A DNA stretch of 51,678 nucleotides from a virus (lineage: Duplodnaviria > Caudoviricetes): the IMG/VR virus record IMGVR_UViG_3300021062_000021, positions 1 through 51,678 of that record, one strand, 5' to 3'. Below the pieces are notes generated by a model. The model saw nothing but the letters and a program-made list of their open reading frames with translations. It did not search any database and was not told the DNA's origin. How positions within the stretch are numbered: the first letter of the stretch is position 1; the number at the start of each line of letters is the position of its first letter. A program made the position numbers and the translations under genes. Below, piece by piece: positions 8,414 through 16,105 of this stretch.

Positions 8414-8809
8414 TCAAGACACGTCCCTGACCAAATTGCTTTTCGTAACCGCATCTGTTCCCCTCTCAATCCCCACACTGACGGAAGCTCTCTCCGCTTC
8501 CGCGCCCTCGAACGACATGTAATGCAGCTCCATGACCCTGCGATCCTGGCTCCAGAGAGAATCAAGGATGCCTTTCAGGAAGTTGTCCCCGTCGAGCCGG
8601 GCCTTCCGTTTCCACGTAACGGCGATGCTGAGAACGGCTCTGGAATCAGCCGGGAGACTCTCCGGGATGCCGGCGAGATTGGCGAAAAGACGGACGGCCC
8701 GCTTCCAGTCGACGTAGCGCTTGTAGCGAGGATCGACCCATTTCTGGCGTTGGGTAGTCCTGACGTACCCCTGGAGGGGCCCGTCTACCTGAAACGTGTA
8801 GGTCTGCAT
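8414..8809 (-). CDS. rusA: RusA-family Holliday junction resolvase
   Basis: D.DN.LKGILDSL..(Q)DRRV motif. Confidence 0.85.
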   Translation of the reverse strand: MQTYTFQVDGPLQGYVRTTQRQKWVDPRYKRYVDWKRAVRLFANLAGIPESLPADSRAVLSIAVTWKRKARLDGDNFLKGILDSLWSQDRRVMELHYMSFEGAEAERASVSVGIERGTDAVTKSNLVRDVS

Positions 8810-8931
8810 TTCTCGCTCTCTCCTATCTCGGGGCTTGCGGCTCACCCTCCGCGAAGCCCCACGCCATCCCCGGTCTCACGGCCCTGACTGCTACCCCTCT
8901 CCAGATCCCCCGGGCCGGCTCCTGTTTGCGG

Positions 8932-9306
8932 CTACCCTAGCCGCTTCACGTCCATCCGAGTCGACTCCTCCCCGGTCTTCGTGTACTTCTCCCGGTCGGC
9001 GTCCGAAGGCTTTCCGCAAAGGCCGGTAGCCCACGCCTTCCAGTCGAAGGTTTCGCGTCCCTTGACCTTGGTGAAGAAGACCGCAAACTTGCCGGCCTTC
9101 GCCTGGTCCATGCCCCGGCAGACCTTGAGAATGTGCTTCCGCTTTTCCTCCAGCAGCCCCTCTAGCGCCTCGATCTCGGCCTTCATCTCGTGATAGGCCC
9201 GAAGATCCTCTTCCTTGAGCTCGGAGGACATGAAGAAGTCCAAAACCTGCTTGGCGCCTGGAGCATCGACTTCATCCTCGCTCATCTCTTCCCATTCGTC
9301 CTGCAT
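8932..9306 (-). CDS. Recombination-module hypothetical protein (resembles the C-terminal region of YqaJ-like proteins)
   Basis: GGAGG RBS; coiled coil followed by GRETFDWK. Confidence 0.6.
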   Translation of the reverse strand: MQDEWEEMSEDEVDAPGAKQVLDFFMSSELKEEDLRAYHEMKAEIEALEGLLEEKRKHILKVCRGMDQAKAGKFAVFFTKVKGRETFDWKAWATGLCGKPSDADREKYTKTGEESTRMDVKRLG

Positions 9307-9317
9307 GGCTGACCTCC

Positions 9318-9827
9318 TTACTCCTCCATCCCGTCGATGCCTTCCAGGGTGTACTGGTTCTGGCCTTGGTACTCGCTGACCGAATAGGTGATGGGAACCT
9401 GCTGATTCTTGCGCTCCTGGAGGTATGCGGCCTTCTTGGGGTTCCAGACGACGAGCCAGTTGTCGGCTCTGAGGGTGGGGAAGTGGCACTTGACCCCCAG
9501 CTTCCACCACTGCTTCTTGCCGTTCGTCCCGGTCTTCGGCTCCTTCGCCCAGGCCTTGACCGTCACAACATCGGCCTTGAGATCGGGACCGCTGCCTTCG
9601 GCCTGCTGAGGCTCGGGCTGAGGAGCGGGCTTCGGAGGAGGCGTGTAGGGTCCAGCCCCCTGGATCTTCTCCACGGGAGCGGCGGCTGGCACATGGCCGA
9701 AGCCCTTGATCAGATTTTCAACGATGGCGACTGCGGTAGCGGGATCCTCCGCGACCTTGGCGACCAGGAGATCCTTCGCGTAAGCCACCTTCATGGACAG
9801 GGGGAAGCCGTTGCCGTTCGTTTCCAT
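9318..9827 (-). CDS. Possible ssDNA-binding/OB-fold protein
   Basis: GGAG RBS; Pro-rich linker, beta-rich C-domain, acidic tail; lies in the recombination module. Confidence 0.45.
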   Translation of the reverse strand: METNGNGFPLSMKVAYAKDLLVAKVAEDPATAVAIVENLIKGFGHVPAAAPVEKIQGAGPYTPPPKPAPQPEPQQAEGSGPDLKADVVTVKAWAKEPKTGTNGKKQWWKLGVKCHFPTLRADNWLVVWNPKKAAYLQERKNQQVPITYSVSEYQGQNQYTLEGIDGMEE

Positions 9828-10008
9828 GGGCTATCTCCAAAGAATAAAGTTGGGGATCAGAAGGACAACCAAGAGGGGGAGGACCCCCGCCATGCGACGG
9901 AGGCCCTCCCGGTGAGGGTGGAACAAAGAATAAATCAGGCCGGTAGCGCGAGCAGAGGTAGCCACCGCTCCCACCGAAGCCGTGACTTCTACGGGCCTGA
10001 CAAAGTTC

Positions 10009-10275
10009 CTAGCAGACACAGCGACCTCCGCAACGGCAGGGGGCGAAGTCTTCCGAGTCAACCTCGCCGGTTCCGTTGCACATCTCGCAGACGGTGTTGA
10101 TGTCCCCACACTGGCAGGGAGCGAAGGTGCAGTCCTCGCAGTAGCAGTCAGGGCAGCGACATCCCTTTCCGCAATCCGGCGCTCCGCAGACTCGACCCGT
10201 GTTCTCACAGGTCTTGCAGACGGGCTGCTTGGTCACGCGGATCCCGTCTTCGCAGGCGCGGCAAGCCTCACGCAT
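10009..10275 (-). CDS. Very Cys-rich protein (19 Cys in 88 aa)
   Basis: AGGAGGT RBS; multiple CxxC/CxC motifs. Confidence 0.7.
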   Translation of the reverse strand: MREACRACEDGIRVTKQPVCKTCENTGRVCGAPDCGKGCRCPDCYCEDCTFAPCQCGDINTVCEMCNGTGEVDSEDFAPCRCGGRCVC

Positions 10276-10442
10276 GGCTCACCTCCTGCGAGGCGAAGTA
10301 ATCGGCCTCCTGCTTGCAGATGTCGCAGTAGTCGATGTGCTCGACGTTGCCGCGACCGTACTTCACCATGAAGCCACACCAGCGGCAGATGACCATCGGA
10401 GGCTCGATCCAGGTCTCGAGCGGGGGGGTAGCGGGGGTGAGG

Positions 10443-10637
10443 TTATCCACGGAGCACCCCCTGGATTTCCTGAATGATGCGGGTGATCCGAGGATCAGCC
10501 GGTAGGTGAAGGAGATCATTCTTGACCTCCCAGAGAGCCTTCCGATACCTCGCCAGCTCCGAGATCAAAATGGAATTCGCGACATCGCTTGCGGGGATCT
10601 CCTTCCCGCAGGCCTCGCACTTCGCCAGCGCCGACAT
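10443..10637 (-). CDS. Zn-finger hypothetical protein
   Basis: AGGAGG RBS; CEAC; RYRKALWEV. Confidence 0.65.
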   Translation of the reverse strand: MSALAKCEACGKEIPASDVANSILISELARYRKALWEVKNDLLHLPADPRITRIIQEIQGVLRG

Positions 10638-10694
10638 CCACCCTCCTGCGGCGCGTCAGGCCCTTTAAAACCGATTAAGGGGCGTGACGAGCCT

Positions 10695-10805
10695 AAAATA
10701 AAAGCCCGCTGTTGCCTACAGACACCGCGCCCTGTGGCATGTGATGAGCAGCCGAAGACACGGCGGCTGCAGGCACCATCGGGCTTCCAAATCGGCTGCT
10801 CATCT
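10695..10805 (-). promoter_or_regulatory. Attenuator-like leader with two interleaved inverted repeats and a U-tract
   Basis: GATGAGCAGCCGA(10744)/TCGGCTGCTCATC(10792) interleaved with AAGCCCG..TGCCT.CAG(10702)/CTG.AGGCA..CGGGCTT(10768). Confidence 0.6.
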
Positions 10806-10811
10806 AACCGG

Positions 10812-10839
10812 AGTATACGACGCTCAAATCCAAATGCAA
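10812..10839 (-). promoter_or_regulatory. Leftward sigma70-type early promoter
   Basis: TTGCAT-16 nt-TATACT on the minus strand. Confidence 0.65.
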
Positions 10840-10932
10840 GGGAAAATCGTATTCGCTTGTGAACATTACACTTCTGAAATATTTGGACAAGCGTACTAAA
10901 AAAGATAAAACGCTGTTCAACGAAGTTGCGCG

Positions 10933-10962
10933 AGTACCCATACGTGTTTGATTATGGGTACG
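10933..10962. other. dif/loxP-like tyrosine-recombinase core site (attP or dimer-resolution site)
   Basis: AGTACCCATAC-GTGTTTGA-TTATGGGTACG: 11-bp inverted arms with an 8-bp asymmetric spacer, upstream of the recombinase. Confidence 0.65.
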
Positions 10963-11137
10963 AATCCGCTTGACGCCCGGGGACAGCGTGGGGTAAGAGA
11001 AGCGTTGCAGAGGTAGTATTCAAGTCACGCCGCTCCCTCCCGCTACGTGGGGAGGGTATATGACCCGACATGTCATCCCTCTCCTGTTCAATTCTACGTA
11101 GACCGGAGAGGGGTGGGGGACAGGGGAGGTAGGGCCC

Positions 11138-12052
11138 CTGTCGTCCCTGGTCGAGCTCCGCAAAGTTGCGGAAGAGTTTCTGGGAAGTCTGCTCGTCCAG
11201 GGATATTCTCGCGTCACCGTCTGGAATTACCGAAAGTACATTGAGAATTTCACGCTGCATCTCAGCACCGAAGGCCGAGATCTCAACCAGGTCGATCATG
11301 GCTGTCTGCTTCGCTGGATGCAGGCGATTCGGTTAAAAGGAGTCGGGGAGACATCGCTTCAGGGAAACAAGTCCGCAGTCTCGAGTTGGTACGAATGGCT
11401 TGTTAGGATTGGTCGCGTCGACCGCAATCCCATCAAGATGCTTGCCCCCATTAAGCTCAAGAAGACCATCCCGAAGCCGATCCCCGAAGAAGAGACCGCA
11501 AGCCTCCTGTCGAAGGCCGGCGAAGTGGAGTCGAAAGAGACGCTGAGAAACGTCGCCATCATGGAGCTTCTCTACTCGACGGGGCTCCGACGTGCAGAAC
11601 TGTGCGCTCTCGATCTATCCGATTTGAAGCTCGAAAGCGAGACACCTCATATCCTGGTCCGGTTGGCAAAGGGGAACCGCGAGGCTATCGCTCTCGTCAC
11701 CGAGAAGGCAAAGGCCGCGATTAAAGCTTATCTCCCGTGGCGGGATAGGGTCTGCCGTCGCACGGAGCGCCCGATGACCTTCCAGGCGTTATTCGTGACG
11801 AAGAAAGGCGCCCGAATGACCGGGGGCGACGTCTACCGCATGGTTCGAAAGCTGGCCGAAAAACTCCTGGGCCACAAAGTCACCCCTCACCAGTTCAGGC
11901 ACAGCTTCGGTACGGATCTCCTTAATCATGGCGTGGACCTCATGAGCATCAAGGAGCTCATGCGCCATGCGACACTCTCGAGCACGGAGAAGTATTTAGC
12001 CGTATCAAAAGAGCGCCTCAAGGCTCAGTTCATGCGTCATCCCAGAGCTTGA
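11138..12052 (+). CDS. XerC/XerD-like tyrosine recombinase (probable CTG start)
   Basis: GLRRAEL, KG, HQFRHSF, MRH..LSSTEKY and terminal HPRA; the frame stays open upstream of 11318 and encodes the N-terminal core-binding domain (GYSRVTVWNY). Confidence 0.92.
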   Translation: MSSLVELRKVAEEFLGSLLVQGYSRVTVWNYRKYIENFTLHLSTEGRDLNQVDHGCLLRWMQAIRLKGVGETSLQGNKSAVSSWYEWLVRIGRVDRNPIKMLAPIKLKKTIPKPIPEEETASLLSKAGEVESKETLRNVAIMELLYSTGLRRAELCALDLSDLKLESETPHILVRLAKGNREAIALVTEKAKAAIKAYLPWRDRVCRRTERPMTFQALFVTKKGARMTGGDVYRMVRKLAEKLLGHKVTPHQFRHSFGTDLLNHGVDLMSIKELMRHATLSSTEKYLAVSKERLKAQFMRHPRA

Positions 12053-12345
12053 GTACCAGAGATATGCCAACGAACCTTATTGACAGCCCTTGTTACCTGT
12101 TCAAGATGGTCAGGATTTACGCACCCCTTGTTGCAACAGATATGGTCGATCATCATGTGCGGCATAATTGGCCCAATGAATGCCAAGTAACTGAACCTAT
12201 GGGCAGTCGTAGAGATCCCACGGTAGTGGGCGGATCCATAGCCGTTTCGCTGAATGGTCTTCCAGACCCAGCATCCATCAGGCTGTGGAGTAGAGCTCTC
12301 TCTCACAAAGTCCCTCATCCCGTCTTGTAGACATCTCTGAATCAT
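12037..12345 (-). CDS. HNH endonuclease (phage HNH_3 type)
   Basis: CWVW..NGYG..AHRFSY..G.I..IDHICCNKGCVNPDHL. Confidence 0.9.
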   Translation of the reverse strand: MIQRCLQDGMRDFVRESSTPQPDGCWVWKTIQRNGYGSAHYRGISTTAHRFSYLAFIGPIMPHMMIDHICCNKGCVNPDHLEQVTRAVNKVRWHISGTQALG

Positions 12346-12372
12346 ATGTTCTTTCTGTAATGTGATTCCCTA

Positions 12373-12790
12373 GACTCCGCTTCAGGTATGAGAGATGTTC
12401 TTCTTGCGTCTCTGAATCGCTATCGGGTGTGAGAGACACTCTCTTTGAGCCTAGGGCGGGGGTTAGGCGTCAGCCGTCCTTGCTCTCGGAGAGTGCCTTT
12501 CATACCCGAAGCGAGTCCGTACGGTGAAGGGTCTGGGGCAGGCACATAGGCCCGTCTAATTGGGCTCCCAGGTCTCCAGAGACGTCTTCCCGAGATCCTC
12601 GTAAGCTGGCTGCTTCTTGAGGGGCTTTGCGTGGGTGGCGGCTTCGCCGGCCTGACGCTCGGGCTTTGGGTAGAGCATCTCCGGTGGGCCGGTGGCTATC
12701 TCTGCTGAAGGGTATTCTATCCTGAACTCTCAGCGTGTCAAGGCTTTCTGAACGCCAGACATCACGCCAAGCTCAAGAGCCCAAAAGCGA
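12373..12790 (+). ncRNA. Putative large structured ncRNA (~420 nt)
   Basis: No ORF; many nested long-range helices with G-U pairs mostly on the + strand. Confidence 0.6.
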
Positions 12791-12849
12791 CACGGCAAAA
12801 AAGAGTAGCAATTTCGGAATTATCGCTGATTGTTTCAACCCTCTCTCCA

Positions 12850-12876
12850 GATCCCCCAGGGCAATCCGGGGGATCC
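12850..12876. terminator. GC-rich hairpin
   Basis: GATCCCCC / GGGGGATC just downstream of the 12882 stop. Confidence 0.45.
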
Positions 12877-12881
12877 CCTGC

Positions 12882-13430
12882 CTACATCTCAGGGTAGTCG
12901 TGTGCTCCAACGTAGCTATGCGTAATGACAGGATTCACGGTTGGGAATACACATCTCATGCTTTTTTCGTTCCAGCAGTAGGATGGGGGAAGGTGATAGA
13001 TATGCGCATTCCGCATCGAAGAAAGCGCTTGCCGGAAATTTATTGAATCGTCTTCTCTGGTAGGGTTGTCAGCTACGATCTTCGCCCACGTCTCTGCGTA
13101 GCGCCGACCACGCTTCCCATTGAACCAGAGCGTACCGCCGATCGGGACTTGCGGACTATGGAAGAACGCGGCCATGTCAGCGTCAATGGACTCAAAGAGA
13201 GATGGATATTCCAGGTATCGTGTGTCAGCATCCTGCCACAGTATCGGCTCGTTGTACTTGTCGATACACTCAAGCACAAAGGCAGATTTTTGATTACAGT
13301 TTCGCCACCAGCTTCCTAGGTCTGGACGGGGTGAGATTGCGCATCTTAACCCTACTCTTTCAGCAGACGCTTTTAGCGCCTCTGCATTGTCTTGGTATTT
13401 CTTGCTCGTATAGAAGCTGACAACGATCAC
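12882..13430 (-). CDS. Nucleotide-diphospho-sugar transferase (GT-A), paralog of 19176-19865
   Basis: VVSFYT..Y, K..F, ILWQDAD (DxD), LPPSYCW; probable GTG start. Confidence 0.8.
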   Translation of the reverse strand: MIVVSFYTSKKYQDNAEALKASAERVGLRCAISPRPDLGSWWRNCNQKSAFVLECIDKYNEPILWQDADTRYLEYPSLFESIDADMAAFFHSPQVPIGGTLWFNGKRGRRYAETWAKIVADNPTREDDSINFRQALSSMRNAHIYHLPPSYCWNEKSMRCVFPTVNPVITHSYVGAHDYPEM

Positions 13431-13459
13431 ATTCGAATTGTATTCCTTTCGGCATTGAC

Positions 13460-13488
13460 TTGACAACCGTATTTGGGTGCGGTACCGT
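13460..13488 (+). promoter_or_regulatory. sigma70-type promoter
   Basis: TTGACA-17-TACCGT. Confidence 0.55.
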
Positions 13489-13527
13489 TCTCATTACCTG
13501 GAGCCCGGGGGACAGAAGGAGGGCTCT

Positions 13528-13881
13528 ATGCGTCAACAAAAAACCCCACACCAACAGATGGCGGCCGGCTTCTGGGTCACTTGCGGCGTGCTAGTCGCTC
13601 TAAGTATAGCCTTCGCGTTATACCAGACGAGCAGTGGGAATGCAACGCCTCATACTGTTTACTACCCAAGTGTGAGCAAAGCAAACGCAGAGGCCAAGCG
13701 AGAATTCAAGGCATGGAGTGGTATCGGATTTCTTCATTACCACTTTGACAAGAGATGCACTGTTCTTGAGAAAATAGGACCGGATTTCGTCAGCAAGGGA
13801 GTGGCATTTGGGAAACCAAAAAGACAGCAATTCGACGGGATGGATATGGAGCCATGCGAAATATGCGTCGGTAGAAAATAA
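13528..13881 (+). CDS. Membrane-anchored protein with C-terminal YH...C / PCEIC Zn site (moron-like)
   Basis: AGGAGG RBS; TM segment; own promoter, with a hairpin after the stop. Confidence 0.65.
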   Translation: MRQQKTPHQQMAAGFWVTCGVLVALSIAFALYQTSSGNATPHTVYYPSVSKANAEAKREFKAWSGIGFLHYHFDKRCTVLEKIGPDFVSKGVAFGKPKRQQFDGMDMEPCEICVGRK

Positions 13882-13930
13882 CCCCACAGTCTGGAGATTG
13901 TGGGGTAAGGCTTGGGATGGGAACAGTAGC

Positions 13931-13959
13931 TTGACAGCATCATACACTTCGACTACTCT
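13931..13959 (+). promoter_or_regulatory. Promoter of the packaging operon
   Basis: TTGACA-17-TACTCT. Confidence 0.7.
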
Positions 13960-13983
13960 TTAATCAAGGCTTGGGAGGATACA

Positions 13984-14145
13984 ATGGCAGGACAGAAGCG
14001 GTCTTATTCTCTGGATCCCGTGATTCTTAGAATGCGGAATGCGAAGAAGATCGTAAGGGCTTTGGAGAAACTCGTAAAGCTGGAAACTTGGATTCGTAAA
14101 GAAGTAACCCGATTGGGGATCATGAAGCATGGGAGAAGCGGCTAG
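13984..14145 (+). CDS. 53-aa basic protein
   Basis: GGGAGG RBS; manual translation MAGQKRSYSLDP... Confidence 0.6.
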   Translation: MAGQKRSYSLDPVILRMRNAKKIVRALEKLVKLETWIRKEVTRLGIMKHGRSG

Positions 14146-14560
14146 GCAGATTCCTGAGAACACGCCAAAAAACACGCCTCCACAGCTTCTCGCCACTGTC
14201 TGGAAAAAGGGTGATCCTTCACCAAATCCAGGCGGCAGACCAAAGGGATTGGCCTCCTACATCCGGGATCAAACCCTTGATGGCCGTGAGCTCGCCGACT
14301 TCCTGATCAAAGTAGTTCGAGGCGAAGAGCGGGTCTTTTGCAAGATGACCGATCGTCTCAAAGCCGTTGAAATGCTCATGGACCGTGCTTTCGGCCGCGT
14401 TCAGGGCCCTCCTGCTGATGCAGACCCCAAACTCAAGCCTGTCCTGGACTTGGACAAGCTGAGCGAGCAGGAGCTCCAATTCCTAGAGAATGTTCGACTT
14501 GGACTCATTGCCATCAGCGACCGCGTTAGAAGCGCAGAGGCTCAAGCGGAACCTCAGTGA
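14129..14560 (+). CDS. terS: Terminase small subunit (DUF5681-like)
   Basis: WKKGDPSPNPGGRPKG motif; directly upstream of terL. Confidence 0.75.
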   Translation: MGEAARQIPENTPKNTPPQLLATVWKKGDPSPNPGGRPKGLASYIRDQTLDGRELADFLIKVVRGEERVFCKMTDRLKAVEMLMDRAFGRVQGPPADADPKLKPVLDLDKLSEQELQFLENVRLGLIAISDRVRSAEAQAEPQ

Positions 14561-16097
14561 TTTCGTCCGCGCCGCGTGGCATCTCGTAGAGCCAGCAACG
14601 CCGCTGGTATGGAATTGGCACCTAGAGGCTATCTGCCTTCACCTTCAAGCAGTCACCGAAGGCAGGATTCGAAAGCTCATCATCAACGTCCCTCCGCGCA
14701 CAGGCAAGTCAACGGTCGTATCGGTGCTCTGGCCGGCGTGGGAGTGGGCTAGGAATCCATCGGTCCGCTTGATGTTCGCCAGCTATGCTCAGCAGCTCTC
14801 CCTTCGGGATAGCGTGCGGCGTCGTCTTGTCATCCAGTCCGAATGGTTTAAGGAAAGGTGGCCGCATGTCACGCTCTCCGGGGACCAGAACGTCAAGCAT
14901 GAGTTTCAGAATACAAGCCTTGGTTATATGGTGGCTACTTCAACTGGCGGAACCGTTACTGGGCGTGGCGGTGATCGACTTGTACTCGATGATCCAAACG
15001 ATGCCACACAGATGGAGTCGGAGGTTCAAAGGGAGTCTGCTCTTACATGGTTCGATCTGCAATGGTCAACTCGTGGTAACAATCCCCAGACCTACTGTGA
15101 GGTTATCATTCAGCAGCGCACCCATGAGCAGGACATTACAGGGCATGCGTTACGACAAGGGGGGTGGGTGCACCTCAAGCTCCCAATGGAGTACGAGGGT
15201 AACCCTTGTGAAACCTCTATCGGCTGGCGTGATCCTCGGTCCAAGGCCGGGGAGCTTCTAGACGAAAAGCGCTTTACCAAGCCCGTTGTCGAGAACCTCA
15301 AGAAGCGCCTTGGTCCATACGGGTCATCTGGGCAGCTTCAACAGAATCCATCGCCGGCCGAAGGCGGCATCATTAAAAGAGCGTGGCTAAAGCCGTATAC
15401 CCAGGATAAGGATGGCATTACGCTTCCCGGGAACGGCCCAGATGACGACGTTTACAAGGTGCGCCCCTTTGATTGCCTGCGCTTTGCCACAGTGGATCTG
15501 GCCGTCACCAAGAAGGACACAGAGAAGGCGGATCCTGACTACACGGTGATCGCGGCTTGGCTCGTATTCCTATCCCACCGCGGGCCGCTTCTGGTGCTGT
15601 TGGACCTCTTCAGGGATCGCGTGGAAGGCCCTGACATCGGCAAACAGATCAAAGCCATGCATGACCATTGGAAGTTCAAGTTCATTGCCGTGGAGCAGAT
15701 TGCGGGCTTCATCGCCCTTGGGCAGCAGTTCAAGCGGGATCGTCTCCCAATAAGAGATATTGGGACCAAGGAAGACAGCTTCCTCAAGCTCGAGAATGAC
15801 AAGATCTCTAGGGCCTATGGCGCTACCCCATTGATGGCTGATGGGCGCTTTTACGTTCCAACATATGCGCCGTGGCTTGGGGAGTACATCAAGGAGTTGA
15901 CGGTGTTCCCGAACTATGGTCACGATGACCAAGTTGACGTTACGTCGTCAGCGGCAGCGATAGCCGAGAAGGTGCGTCCAGGGGATCTAGCAATGGCAAA
16001 TGCTCCTTCTCAATCTCATCAGCAGCGTTATAATGCTAGTGACAATGTGCCTAGCAGCGGCAATCCGTACGATGTGATGCGCCTTAATGCGCCGTAG
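14490..16097 (+). CDS. terL: Terminase large subunit
   Basis: INVPPRTGKS Walker A, LVLDDP Walker B, VDLA and HDDQVD nuclease motifs. Confidence 0.95.
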   Translation: MFDLDSLPSATALEAQRLKRNLSDFVRAAWHLVEPATPLVWNWHLEAICLHLQAVTEGRIRKLIINVPPRTGKSTVVSVLWPAWEWARNPSVRLMFASYAQQLSLRDSVRRRLVIQSEWFKERWPHVTLSGDQNVKHEFQNTSLGYMVATSTGGTVTGRGGDRLVLDDPNDATQMESEVQRESALTWFDLQWSTRGNNPQTYCEVIIQQRTHEQDITGHALRQGGWVHLKLPMEYEGNPCETSIGWRDPRSKAGELLDEKRFTKPVVENLKKRLGPYGSSGQLQQNPSPAEGGIIKRAWLKPYTQDKDGITLPGNGPDDDVYKVRPFDCLRFATVDLAVTKKDTEKADPDYTVIAAWLVFLSHRGPLLVLLDLFRDRVEGPDIGKQIKAMHDHWKFKFIAVEQIAGFIALGQQFKRDRLPIRDIGTKEDSFLKLENDKISRAYGATPLMADGRFYVPTYAPWLGEYIKELTVFPNYGHDDQVDVTSSAAAIAEKVRPGDLAMANAPSQSHQQRYNASDNVPSSGNPYDVMRLNAP

Positions 16098-16105
16098 GGG
16101 GACAG

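Noticed and set aside
12037-12790. HEARO/IscB omega-RNA system or group I intron with homing endonuclease
   Set aside because: The HNH is a 102-aa phage type without RuvC/PLMP; G-U bias puts the RNA on the opposite strand; no interrupted host gene or clear P7 motifs were seen
8897-12857. 15-bp repeat CTCTCCAGATCCCCC at 8897-8911 and 12843-12857
   Set aside because: About one such match is expected by chance in 51 kb; only two copies and no clear function, although both are intergenic
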